The position numbers and the translations under genes are program-made. A stretch of DNA of 64,000 nt from positions 124,001-188,000 of the forward strand of contig NMRA01000347.1 of assembly GCA_002633005.1 (NCBI GenBank), written 5' to 3'. The notes under the pieces were generated by a model that was not told the DNA's origin, made no database searches, and was given only the letters and a program-made list of their open reading frames with translations. Of this stretch, positions 26,448 to 40,700 are shown one piece after another (the stretch's first letter is position 1; the number at the start of each line of letters is the position of its first letter). This stretch comes from Phoronis australis (lineage: Eukaryota; Animalia; Phoronida).

Positions 26448-26735
26448 CATGCGCGCACCCAGCCTTCAATTTGTGGGGGGCTCGAATTTTCCGGCGTTGT
26501 GGACCTTTTGCTAACAACATAGCCGGCGGACTAAAGACAAAAAAAACAAGAAAAAACAAAAAAAAAAAAACAAAAACGGGAGCACCACTGTGAATTGTGC
26601 ATTTGGCTTGTTTAGTGGACTTTTGTCCCATTTTCTCGGACTTTTTGTCTCTCGGGGTCGGACCTTTTTGCCCACTCCGCCTAAATGGGGGGGGGGGCTC
26701 ATTCGAGCCGCCCGAGCCCCCTGGGTGCGCGCATG
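26448..26735. mobile_element. MITE with perfect 15-bp TIRs
   Basis: catgcgcgcacccag ... ctgggtgcgcgcatg; internal poly-A and poly-G tracts. Confidence 0.75.
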
Positions 26736-28500
26736 TCTCGTTATAGGGTGTAACCACCATACGTTTCCTCTTACATCCATGACACAGATACATAATTCTT
26801 TTTTTGATCCAATAAGTTGTTTTTAGCAGTATATGCTATTTTAAAAAAGATATTACGCATCATGACGTGTTGTTACGCACATTAAATCTTCAAGTCACGT
26901 GGGTATGTGCCGATTTTCGCGCGCTGTATCGGCCCGTATTATGCGATGAATAGTGTTCAGTTTTAATGATTCAGCTTTCCGGAGTGTATCGGCATCTCAA
27001 CATTTTTAGAACACATGCTTTCTCAAATTAAGTTTTAACAACAGAATCTGTAATTTTCAGTTGACCACTGGTTCTCAAAACGAGTACTAAAAGACTGCAG
27101 CAATGAAACGAGGTCGATCGTTTGAGTTTGTGCATGGTACACAAACAAGATTTTGAAGAGTTAAGAAAAAATGAATCGGTTGTAAGTAAAATTGCAAAAA
27201 ATTCAGCACTGGTACCACCGAATTCGAAAAATGCTATTCTCATCAAACGCAGTCGTTCACTCTCAGGGTCAGCTACGTCGAGCGTGCGGCTTTTGATGAC
27301 TAAAACGGGCCGCTGGGTTCGTTCCTCCGTGATTCGTAAGTGTTTTGGTAAATCCAGAACGAGTGATCCTCAAAAGCCGCACGTCAAAGCTTTGTTCAAA
27401 AACGAGCGGGTGGGATTTACTGAATAAACTATATCTCGAGAGCTCAGTCGAATTCTCGGAGAAATAATGCATGTTGGAGTCCACTTCAAAATGAAGCTAA
27501 ATCTTTCATGGAACAAGTACCAATGCCGATACAACGGACAAAAGAGGGCACCTCTGTTACCATTTCATTGTTGTTGATGAAAAGTACCTCGAGCCTGGAC
27601 ATGCGCCCCCCCGCATTTGGCGAAGTAGTAAAAAGGATCCGCCTCCGATCGACAAAAAATCCGAGATAACTGGACAAAGCTTTTGACTGCTTGTCGCACA
27701 AATTCAGATTTTTGTAAGATGAAAGGCAGTGATATGTTTCCGGCATTTTGTGAACTTGGGTGAAATCCTGAACCACGTGCCAAATACTCAGGCCTACCCC
27801 GAAGTGAGGCTATTAAGTTGCCACTTCAAGGCTCGGTCCTTGGCCCTTCATAATTCAATGTACGTTGTAAATGACATTTTTTACCATCATCCTCTTTCTA
27901 GTACTACTGCTGTTGACAATAATACACAACGACTTAAAGTTTTGTACGTCAGCTCTGCGTCGCAGGGTGGTTCACTGCAATCACATCAGTGATGGCAGAA
28001 AACTTTGGCACTGAAATTTTCAGGGCATATTTTTTCTGGAGGTGTTTTACGTTAAGCTGAACGGTTTTTGTATGTAAACGATATTAAACTAATAACCGTA
28101 ACAGTCAATGAAACTGGAGTCACGGCTGATGAAAAACTCTCGAAGAACACGCCTCGACGGTCGGCAAAAACGGCAAAAAAACTCTTTCGTCTGAAAAACC
28201 TGCTTGTTACAAGCACCATGATGCGTCCTCAGCTGATCGTCTATTATATCATATGTAGTGTATTGGGGACGTGATCAGAAGCTGAGGAAGCCTGTGGTTA
28301 CATGTTGTAAGCTTGAAATTTTTAATGCTTTCATCACGCACCCGAGCGCGTGATATTGAGATCCAGCCCGGCGGCTGCCTACTGCAGAAAGGGCAGCAGA
28401 TCGTTTGAGTGTTTTCATCGGAGTCAATTCGAGGTAAACTTCCGAGATCTGGTCTGAGTCGAAAATGACACGACGCGGCGATAGGTGACAGCGAATTATC

Positions 28501-28738
28501 ATGAACATCACATCTTTTTCATTGATTTTGAACGTCTTCATTTTATTCCTAAGTCCCAATTACATTTTAGCTGGCCTTTACGACAAAAGTGATCGCGTAA
28601 CAATACTCGATGCTTCGAATTTCAAAGACATCGTCTGCCATTCGTCGAGCGCCTGGATTGTTCAATTCTACAACAGTTGGTGCGGACACTGTGTACGGTT
28701 TTCACCGACATATAAAGTGTTCGCTCGGGACGTGTCGG
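28501..28738 (+). CDS. QSOX1: QSOX exon 1 (signal peptide, Trx1 WCGHC)
   Basis: [31 protein letters not shown]...[16 protein letters not shown]; donor G|gtaag, phase 1. Confidence 0.92.
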
Positions 28739-31700
28739 GTAAGATTTCTATGTTGCTGGTCATGTGTCATTTCTCGTGGTTTAGTTCCCTCACAAATGTA
28801 ATGTATGCTTGTATGCAAAGTGACCATCTGTTTGTAAAATGTAAAATGGGTCAACATGTTTGTTTAGTTGGCTGTCGACGTCGTGTCTACCGGCACGTAC
28901 TACTTGTAGTTGCAAGCTGTGGTCTGACGTAATAGGCTGAAGGTAATGTCTCTGCACAATGAATATTTTATAAAATGTCCGCTAGATCTCGTGGACATCT
29001 AACAATTAAATCATATGTCTTTCTTTGGCATTTAACAATTGATAAAATGATAAATCAATGTCACTGGTTCTCGACTTATGCATGGACCATAAATGGCACA
29101 AAATGTTTCACCAATGGCAGAGCATTAATTTACTTGTCATTTTACAACTGCATTTGCATTATGCATAGAAATCTGGTTAAGACTTAAGGCACTGGTGTTC
29201 CTTGTCAGCCAGAGATGGGGTGACTAACCCATTAACTAGTGAGAACAGCATTTTTCAAAAATTTTAGAAAATGTGCATGTAATATGCATCACGAGAAAGC
29301 TCACTACAAGACTAAAAGAACGGTGCAAAAAATTTTTAATCAGACTTACGGTTCCGGAGAAAATGGTGTTTTTGTGTCAAATTTTTTGATAAGAATTCTG
29401 TCAAATCAAATTTGTGAGTTTGAAATATTATGGTTACAAATCTACGTAATCTAGACAGACATGTTATACACCATTTCAAAGAAAATTTTATGATGAATAA
29501 TTTTCAAAAAAGAACATTCCGATTGGACGTTCCTGTGCGAAGATAATGACCTTGAAGTCAACAAAACTGACAAAGAAAAGTCAGTACGTACAATTTTGTC
29601 GTTCCAAATTGGCATAAAATAACAATTACTCAAGAAAAAAAATAAGCTAGCATCATTTCAAGATTTTTTACCAGGGAAGTTGAAATCTTATAATTGGTTG
29701 GGCAAATTATTGATATTATTTTGTGATTTTTTTTGTTGACATGCAGTTTGCGACTGACTTAATTTTGTCAAAATGCATTACCTTAAAATATTAAAGATAA
29801 TCAACATCATTTCAAATATGTATTGATGAAAAGTATGATAAACAAAAATTTTAATACAAGCTTCATATAGTAAATAGAACTTAAACATACTTTCCACAAC
29901 AATGCAACAAAATGTAGGCCTTGTCTTGAGCCATGCAGGAAAGTTCATGCTATGCAAACGACAACTGCAATATTTATTTCCAAAGTTGTCTTGATATGAA
30001 CACATAAAAGTATGTATGATGGGCAGATAAATAAAGTTCTCAAGGCATCCTCAAGGAAGGAAGGTCAAAGCTTTTCACTGATTATTGACGGTGAGTACCT
30101 GTAAGTAAACAGACAGTCAGTGGAGTTCCTTACACAGACTTGTGGCCTCTTCAAGGGGGCCAAACCCTTTCACTGACTATCGAAAGTCGGTGGAGTGCCT
30201 TACAGACTTATGGCATCCTCAAGGAAGGGGGTGGGGGGGCCAAACACTTTCACTAAGTCAGTGGAGTACTTCACAGGAAGGGGGCTGTTAAGTCAGTGGA
30301 ATACAATATGGAGCACTCCAGCACTTCGAGGTCCTCTTGACCAAAATCGTCCATCACCCGAAAGGTGCGCACAGCCTCGTCTTCATTGTAGTGGATATTG
30401 AGCCAAACTCACTGACTGACTGCAAGTAGAATCGGTAGAAGCAGGAAAGAAGAAGGATCTGGACCAAGAGCTAAAAGCAGAGTCTGATGAGACAGAAATG
30501 TGAGACATGATGATATGATAGTATACTGACAAATAGGAGTGAAATTATCAGAAAAAATGATGAAGAAAATAACAACTAGTTTGGTCCACAGCAATTTCCA
30601 ACAAAGGTTACCTGAAAGATAGGCCAGGCTGAGATACATGAACAATCTAGGCGAACCTCTGAATTGGTTTGTAAAAACTATATTCATGGTAAAAAAAATA
30701 TTGATAGCATGTATAGCTTTTCATGGTAGTAAACATAAAGTTTTGGTTGAAAACACAGCACTGGAGTAGAAATACACAGTTGTAATGTGTTGATAACTCA
30801 AAAATTAAAATGTTTTCAATTTCTATCATGACATATGCTGGCTAAACTGTCTTGGCCAGTATGGGTGTGGTCCTGTCTGGCAACAAGTCAGGTCTTAGTG
30901 GCCTGCCCTACAAAAATGTGATGCAAAATAGGAAAAAGAACCTTAAACGAGAGAATCATTGTTCTCACAACGAGAAATTACTTTTTGGGTCTCTTTTATA
31001 TTGACTTTTCAATAGGAAAAGTTGCAATGCTTCAGTTTGGGAACCAAGAATTTGCCGCGATTCGAAGGAGCACCCCTAGCTGCAGTACCCGGCCGGAACT
31101 ATGAAGTGAGTCAGAAATACACCCGATTGTCAGAAATCGACGAAGGGCCCATTTGCAACAAGTGTTTGAAATAGTTCATTAATGAACCCTTTAGTGCGCA
31201 ATACAATTCATTATGTGCGCAAATTAAGAAATGTACCAATTAATTCAGGTCAAAGTTGAAGGTCGCGGGAACTGGCAACTTTTTCAACTTTTACGTCCAC
31301 AAAAGTGAAAAATACGTAATAACGTGCGCAAGGGTTTCTTCTACAAGTTCACTAAGTTTCACGCCAAAATTTGAGAGTTTAGTCCTCTCCTGAGTTAAAA
31401 AACCAAATACCAGTTGTTTTTACCGGCGAACATTTTGCTCTGAAATGTCGGTCACGTTGCTGCAAGAAACTCGTGCAAAGTACTATTAAACGGATTTTGA
31501 AACGAAAAAAGACTAACATTTAAGTAAAATAACGTCTTATTTCATACTTTGAAGTAATTTTTATTTATATTTATTGCATTTTTGAGTGATTTTTTGCCGA
31601 TTGTAATGTGCGAATTTTACACGGTGACAGATACGCGAAGCGATTTGGTGACGTATGTTGTCCTCGCTATATTAACTCACATTATCAGTTGATTGAGTGG

Positions 31701-34700
31701 CCAAATAGCGAATGAGCTTTAAGGGAGCATGCCACCCAAAAAACAACCTAATTTGTATCAATTTAGTTCTAGTAGTTTTACTCCATAACGACACGTACGG
31801 TTGCGTTACCTGACACCTGACGGCAGACGGGAGTGTTGAAATTATCCAATGATGTCATCGATTTCACACGCAGTCTGTTCAGAAGTTCACAACACGGGTT
31901 ACTGGTGTCAGCTTATCGCTTGAAGTCATCGTTTAACACCAATAAATCATCAAACTTCGATGTAAAACCCTTAAAAATACACCGAGTTCTTATAAAAACA
32001 TGTTGTTGTTATAATTTCGCTCTTACGGATTTATTGGTATTTGGACACACCGTAGCCTACAAAGTTCGGCAGGCCAATAAGGTCCGTAGCAGGAGTTTGG
32101 GGTGGATATACTGAGATTTGAGGTTTGCGAACTTTTGTTACTCCGGGCATGATTAGGAAGTTTCCGCGGATATTGGTCACGAAACGAAATGTGTCGATTT
32201 CACCCTCAATAATCGACACATTTTAAAATGCGCGTTTTCACTATACCCTATATCCTGCCACTGTTGTGGAGTGTGTTCGGAGATAATTTCGAAGTATTTT
32301 CCGTGAGATACAGACAGGAGAACCTAGATCTGTGTTGTTCAGACTTGTGATTTTTTTAGTTCTAAACACAAAATGCTTGTTATCCTGGCCAGTGGCTCGG
32401 TGCCCGATCAGGCCCGTCACGACCGGCCGCATTGACTCGTTATACCGGCCAGTGGCTCAGAAACTGATCAAACATCACGAACATAAACCAGCCAAAGTTC
32501 AGTGGAAACTAAACTTCCAGTCAAGAAAATACTATAATAGTGAGCCAAAGTAATGTGCACGTGATTATGTTAGTGAATTAGTCATGAAACTGCAAATCTA
32601 CTTACTCGTCGGGGGCCCCGAATTCAGGTTCCGCTTTGGCCACAGGGCAGAAGTTGTTGACAATCATTATTTGAGTAATGTAAATGTAAATAAAGATTCA
32701 CCTAACACCTGGCCGTGGGATGGAAATCGAGTTGCCAGCAAGCATGATCTCACACAGCCTCGGTGTCCGGTCAATTAGTTTTATTGCACCTAAAGCCAGT
32801 AACGCAGTGGTTTATTCATTGCTGGCTTCTCAAATCATTTCAGTGCTCTCACGAAAACTCTAAAGGCATTACAAATTGCATATAATGAGACAGACTTTGT
32901 TTCAGTTTTATATAAGTATTGGTTAGGGGGAGAATAATTCATTTTGAAACAAAACGCTCAGTAATAAACGCCAACATGACATCTCGCAATCCCGACTTAG
33001 GACGAGCTAGAGCTCATCTGTCCCGACTTCGCAGGTGGATTGTTAAGTTTTACAGGCTATCAATTCGAACAGGAATACAGTGATGAAGAAATACTAGAGA
33101 GGTGCCGTGAACAAGCTCAGACAACGTAACGTCGGTATGGAGTTATTTCGTAAGCCGGCATTCGTCAGGCACTGTCGACATCTGCAGGCCACAGACACGG
33201 AGATGTTTCACGGCCTCATACTTGCTATTTACAGCGTACATTTCATTCTTCACTACCATGAGCCACTTTCTAAGCATTTCGGACTCTCGGGGAAGTAAAA
33301 AAAAAATGAAAGCGCTCCGAGGAGCGAACCTTGGCGAAATTAACCAAAAAGATGACGATAAAGATGATGACGAAGATGACGACGATGGTTGCGAGGATGA
33401 ACAAAAGAAGTAATAATAACATACACATGACGAACGTAGAAGTCCGAAATCAGTAAGAAAAAGGCTACAGTCTTGAGCGACACTTGGCGAAATTAAGGGA
33501 AAAGACGACGGAGATGATGACGAAGATGATGACGATGATGACGAGTATGATGATGGTGGTGGCTATGGTGAACAACATCTCAACATTCATATGATGAACT
33601 TAGATGTCATAAATCAATAAGAAATGGGCTACAGTCTAGTTCATAGAAGGTAAACCAACATCAATGCAGCCAGAGCGCTCAACAAAGGAACAGCGTTATC
33701 AGAAAATCTCAAATTACTCAAAAAGTAGACGTCGTAGCGAAAAATGGAAAACATCTTCTGAAAGCCCGTTCAAAATTCTATCTAAACTGATGGTATCGTT
33801 TAATTCTGTAAATTTTTAGAAAAAAATGAAATTTTGAGTTTTTTTTAAGAAATTCAAAGTCAAATAACTCGAAAACGGTAAGTCTGAGAAAAAAATTGTT
33901 ACAGGCCATTTGAAAGAATATACTTCAAAGAATCCACATGCAAAAAATCACGTCTTTTTCTTTTCCCGTTTAAAATCGCACTCCAGCACGACTGAAAATG
34001 GGTCAACATGCGCCAGATCCGCCATCTTGAAAGCAACTTCCGGTTTTTTGGTTTTGTATAATAGCATGTCATAAAAAACTAATACCTGTAAAAATTCAAA
34101 GGAATTGGTCTGATAATGCGCCCTCTACAGGAGAAAACGTTTTTAGGCCAAAATCGAGGTGCGCATGCGCGATCGCCGATATTTCCGCCATCTTTAAGCG
34201 GAAGTAAACAATTTCCGGCATACTTGTAGAAAACATCCGGTCCATTTACTGTGCCGATTCTTAGCCTTTTACATAAAAAATTGTAGCCTCCAGAAGCATT
34301 TGAACCTTTAAATGGAAACAAAATGGCCGCCACAGCCGCCATCTTGGATCCGATTTTGACAAAAAACAATAGGCTTCCAGCACTTCCGGAAAAACGTGTT
34401 ATGTGTGAATTTCGTGATGATCGGACGAAAATTGCGACCTGTATCGTGCGAACAAACAAAAAAAAAAAAAAACTTAGTGCAAGAGCAACATACTTGGCGA
34501 AATTTATTTCGCCAAGTAACAATATACCCGCTTTCCTCTCAGCTGCTTAGTTCGGACAAGCTGGAACGATGCACCGCAACATAACGGCATTCACTCTGCA
34601 TATGAACCACTGACGTCGCTAGCGTCGTTTCTCACCTTCCTCACAGGTTAACGCGACACCTCTTGGCGAGGTAAGGTCGACTGTATGCGAGGCGATGTGG

Positions 34701-37700
34701 ATATAGATCCATTAAGACGGTAAAAAAAACTAATTAAATCGGATGGCATTATCCTTTAACTTGCTAAGATCATTCTTCAATGCAAGTGGACTGTTCCAGG
34801 CTATGACTGGGCATCATATCTTAGTTCTTAGCATGTCGTGTGAAAAGTTGCACCAATTTGTCTTGATGGACAGTCTACTGTATCATAAACAAAGCAGCAT
34901 CATTTATAATCCTGGACCCAGCTTTATTTAATTTGGATGGGGCTTTGACAGAGTGAAGATACAAACGGCCTACAACAACAAACCTATAGAAACGACTTTG
35001 ATAAGCCTCAAACCAAACAAAGGTCATGCTTGACGGCGCCACCTAGGAAACGCTTAGATTTAATAACTGCGAAAAACAATGAAACTTGTGTACATTTGGC
35101 AAATGTAATTACTTTGTTAAGGAAGAATGGACCTTCCTCCGATTTTAATGTTCGATTTTAATGTAAATTAAACAGCATGAGCACTACATGATAGCGATAT
35201 TGATTTGCTCAGACATGTTGCGTAAAGTTAATTTAATGCATACATATCTTTATAAAGTTCAGGTATTTTTCTTTATTTTTCCAGACACCAACAGAAACAA
35301 GTCCCAGACTTTTGTGCTATCAATGTTTCTTACTTTTTCTTTTTTATTTGTATTCGTCTTGTACTTTTCTCAAGTGTTTTTTTTCAGTGTTTGAACTGTA
35401 AAAAGAAATATTTGAACTTTATTGTTAATATAATCTCAATCAGGACAACACACACATTCAAGTGACTAAATACAGTGTTAACTCTGAAGGTCACAAAGTA
35501 CAAAAATGCTTTTAACTATCTGTTAAGTTTGTTTTAAACCTGTGAAAAAAGTAGATTCTTGGCTTTGCTTCAAGTTTCAAAAGTTACAAGCCAAACAATG
35601 TTTTTGCAGATCAGAATTGTTTGATTGTCAACGTCAAATTACCTTTAAAAACATCTCCACACTTACCCGACCTTGAATTGTTGCCAAATGCACCAGCAAG
35701 TCCAGGCAATGCACCGTATTCAAATATGCAGTAATGTTGATTAATTTTATGAGACTGATTTCATTAGAGTTCAATGTGTAATTTGGTTTTCGTTTCTCAA
35801 CCCGCTAAATAGAGAGAAATTGATGCAGCTTACCTTGCTTTTTAAGACCTTGCTCTGGGTGTAAAATTAGCTGCCATGACCAGCCAACAGGTGGAGCCTG
35901 ATCACAGGCAATAACGAAATTGCAGTTGTATTGAAGCCCTAAGATCACATTCAATTTGACCGATGGTCAATTCTGTTAATCAAAAGTTTTTTTGTGTGAA
36001 CAAAGAAGAATTATAGCCTAATTAAGAAGTAAATCTGCTGGAAACTCGGTACATGATATGTAAATCTCCATGGTGATGACACACAAAGGGGTCACTTCCA
36101 GATCATGGTAGTCAAAGTAAATGTACCTTCAAGTCCCGGATAGGGTACCTCCAGGTGTGTACCAAAATTACGGGTAGGCTGTACTTTGTCAACAAGTTTT
36201 GTAGTACTCGCGCTGGTTCCAGCAGGCCCCTAAATTTCCCTTTTTGTCCCCGCAAACTGCATTGACCTCAGCCGTGCAAAAGGTGTGCTGGCTATCTCCC
36301 GATAGAAAAATTTGCCCTGCAGAAGTGGGTAGGTGTTAGCAGGCCTGGCACCCACAATTTTTGGTACATGACTGCGGGCACCTTGCGAGTGAACCCCCGG
36401 AGCTTCAAGTATAACTGGTTCTAAACTGGTCAGGATTGTTTACCAGTAAACGGTATTCAGCATCTCGGTCTTTATTTGTTTTCAAGACTTAATATTGGAA
36501 ATAGAACATCTTTACTACCATGGTGTTGAATGACTAATTATGGTTATGTTATTTATTCTACCTTTTCAATATGTTGTTAATTTACCGGGTAATCTTTTTT
36601 GTTTATATTGTATAATTTCATTTATTTATTTTTCTGCTTCATGCGAAGACTATCGCACGCAAATACATGTCACAATAGACTTTTCTATGATTTTCTTGTT
36701 ACGCTTCATGCACAAGTGCATTTTTAATTATGTATTTTTACGTAATTATGGTTCATGCTATCATAATTGTGAGATTTGACAAGTTATTTATTTACAATTA
36801 GGTTCCACTTGATTAATTACAGTTTTTATTTGCACAGAGTGCATAACATTGCATTTGTTTGCACAGAGTGCATAACATTGCATTTGTTTGCACAGAGTGC
36901 ATAACATTGCATTTGCTTTATACACTTCATATCCTAACTAACTATAATCCACGTTCCCTTCAGAATGGTGGAAGGTGGTACGTATAGGCGTAGTGGACTG
37001 TGCGGAGGAGACAAACACACCACTGTGTCGGGAGTACAATGTGCAGTCGGTGCCTACCATTAAGGTAATCATGAACGTTGAGTGTCATAGGAGAAGGGGT
37101 GCCATAGAATCGTTCGCACGAGCATCGCATCTTACGCATGAACCAACTATGTACCTATGAATCATGCATACAAACCCAAAAGTCATGCATACGAACCCAA
37201 AAGTCATGCATACAAACAAAAATCATGCGCACAAATCACAAAAATCTCGATTACGAACGCAAATCATACGCATGAGCATCCAAATCATACACACGAACCA
37301 GCAAATGATAAAGTGCCCGTGCATGCGATTGGATGCCCGTGTGAACGATTCTATGGTACCCCCGAGATGGGGGGTGGGGCTGCTTGGGACGCCGTCTTGC
37401 CCTGAATAGTTCGCAGCTCCACGGTATACTTGCATTTTTTTCATAGAATAGTGTCTTTCAGATACTGGGTGAATTATTATTGTGAATTATATTGCAAGGT
37501 GTGTACTAGATTGTGAATTATATTGCAAGGTGTGTACTAGATTGTGAATTATATTGCAAGGTGTGTACTAGATTGTGAATTATATTGCAAGGTGTGTACT
37601 AGATTGTGAATTATATTGCAAGGTGTGTACTAGATTGTGAATTATATTGCAAGGTGTGTACTAGATTGTGAATTATATTGCAAGGTGTGTACTAGATTGT

Positions 37701-40700
37701 GAATTATATTGCAAGGTGTGTACTAGATTGTGAATTATATTGCAAGGTGTGTACTAGATTGTGAATTATATTGCAAGGTGTGTACTAGATTGTGAATTAT
37801 ATTGCAAGGTGTGTACTAGATTGTGAATTATATTGCAAGGTGTGTACTAGATTGTGAATTATATTGCAAGGTGTGTACTAGATTGTGAATTATATTGCAA
37901 GGTGTGTACTAGATTGTGAATTATATTGCAAGGTGTGTACTAGATTGTGAATTATATTGCAAGGTGTGTACTAGATTGTGAATTATATTGCAAGGTGTGT
38001 ACTAGATTGTGAATTATATTGCAAGGTGTGTACTAGATTGTGAATTATATTGCAAGGTGTGTACTAGATTGTGAATTATATTGCAAGGTGTGTACTAGAT
38101 TGTGAATTATATTGCAAGGTGTGTACTAGATTGTGAATTATATTGCAAGGTGTGTACTAGATTGTGAATTATATTGCAAGGTGTGTACTAGATTGTGAAT
38201 TATATTGCAAGGTGTGTACTAGATTGTGAATTATATTGCAAGGTGTGTACTAGATTGTGAATTATATTGCAAGGTGTGTACTAGATTGTGAATTATATTG
38301 CAAGGTGTGTACTAGATTGTGAATTATATTGCAAGGTGTGTACTAGATTGTGAATTATATTGCAAGGTGTGTACTAGATTGTGAATTATATTGCAAGGTG
38401 TGTACTAGATTGTGAATTATATTGCAAGGTGTGTACTAGATTGTGAATTATATTGCAAGGTGTGGCCTATTGCTTTGATCTCTGGAGTTATGCGGAGGGT
38501 TTAATGTCAGGTTACACCTGTTCCACTGTACTTTAGTAACTGAGAGACGGATTGTAATGCATTTTAAGAGTTCTAATTCGTACAGGTAATATAACAAAAT
38601 ATGTTATAATTTAGAATAGAATTCAACTCAGTTGCCGAATTATCTGCCAACAATCCTTGCTGCCATGCCAGTCATCTTCTGGATCTTAATGTAAATATTT
38701 TACACCATTCTTATATTGAAAATTATTGAGAATTTTTTATTGCTTAGTCAAGATACACCAATCACGAGTTCCGTTTCCTACGACGTGTTGAAAATTCTAA
38801 GTGCTACATCAACACGACGTGCACAACATGTTCAATTTAGGTTTGCCTTATGGGTACCATGGTACACTGTCATTTTCAAGAATGTCCTCATGCCACTATT
38901 TGCCAACATTCTTGGGCAGCTTTTCAACTACTGTCAAATTTTCTCAAACTGAAACACAGTTTGGCGGAACAATGTAATTTCATTTTATCAGAATTTACAA
39001 CTAACTTCAACGTAAACAAAAGGGTTATTTTACTTCATCATTTTAAGTCTTTTTATTGTGCGAATGTCAACAAAAAACACCTAATTAAACAACTAAATTT
39101 TGAACATTTTTGGCAATACTGTGAGCATTTGAAAAATGAAATAACAGTAATTTTGAACATTAATTTGAGGAAATTTCACCCTATTTTGCTTCTTATTTCT
39201 TCATTTGAAAGCAGCCATATCTGTTTGTTCCAGCTGTTTGGTCCTCAAGCCTCTGAGACAGAGGCAGGTGAACAGTACACGGATACGAAAGATGTGACTA
39301 CCTTACGACACGGCATCATTGCTATGCTGGAGCGGGACACGGCTGACAAGACACTGCCCCCCACCTGGCCAAGTCTCAACTACATCTCGTAAGGAGGAAT
39401 TGTACCACCTCACTTAAAAACGTCACAGTCGTAATTCTTTCATCATCTAATTTTTGTAGTGAATTCTTTTGTCAGCTTTTGAATATACTTTGCTGTTGGC
39501 ACAGTTGTTGCCTAAGTGATTGTGAATGTGTACTCATTAGGTGATTTATGATAGACACAATATCATAAAGGGACCTCATATCAGTTACATAAGGAATAAG
39601 GCTGATCCTGGTCATTAGAGGTATTACAGTTGAGAAGCATAGCACAGGTGGGTCTAGAGGGGTCAAGGGGGTGCGAACCCCCCTTTTTTCTTCGATTTTA
39701 GTGATATCAGATCTAGAATTATCAAATTATTGATGCGGACCCCCTTTTTTAAAAAAATCCCTGCTCTAGCCCTGCGTAGTTGTTATGGTACTGCCTTAAG
39801 TTTATGAAGTGTAGTCGAAACAGGTAATGTCGCTAAAGGGTCATTAACTAAAGGTTTAATGAGTTGTGTTTCATGGGTTGATTTCTCATGATTGATGTGT
39901 TGTTCTCAACGTTTGCCTTGACTTGGCACTTTATTTTATGTGCCGATTACGCAATACCTTGAGCAATGACAATCTGTCAATCATTCTCAAGCCCAACCCA
40001 CTACTGTAATAATGAGAAACAAGTTCAAACTAGTTTCATAATCTGTAAGCGTCCTAAATATTTCTTTTCACCCGTAGGCAGGTTTTGAATCACCTTTAAG
40101 TGTGTTGGTATTAGAGTATGACGCGCTGTGTTTTGATTGGTTGCAGATCCACCAATAGTTTGTCCAGTATTTCAGCCACTCTTGTTGCCTTGGTAGTGGA
40201 GCCAAAGTCCTCTTTCATTGGGAGAGAGGTAAGCCTTTCAGTCTGTGTGTTCCCGGATAGCCTTTGTCTAATCTCTTGAGGGTAGAAGAGGGGTGGGGGC
40301 TGGAGATCATGTAGGGTTGGTACAGGAAATTTATCTTGTACTCCTGAATTTAGCTATACCAGAGGTATATCGATTGATGTGAAATGTGCACACAACGCAA
40401 GAAGGCATTGCGACAGATTTTTCAAAATTTTTGCTTTGCTCTGCAATCCTTTGAGCTTCGGTGATACAAGTGGTTGCTACGCTGGTATTGCCGGGGATCC
40501 GATAATGCGATTGAATGCTGTTTTGGTGGGAGGGGCTCACATGTTCCTCACCCCCTTTAAAGAAATCTCAGTGCCACTGATTCATAGTCACTGAATTTTG
40601 GGTATCAATAGTTCAGGAATAAAAGTAGTTCTTAGTGATGTTAATTATACTCTGACCAATCAGCCAAGGATAGCATCTGATTTCTAATCCTTCTGTTTAA

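Noticed and set aside
24670-28274. Short ORFs between TOR1AIP and QSOX, and similar 60-130-aa ORFs elsewhere
   Set aside because: No recognisable domains or splice-consistent structure; many overlap repeats or are antisense shadows of real exons.
37479-38464. CRISPR-like periodic array (also 50345-50603 and 56804-57193)
   Set aside because: Head-to-tail units with no unique spacers, no cas genes, and a eukaryotic intron context; these are minisatellites.
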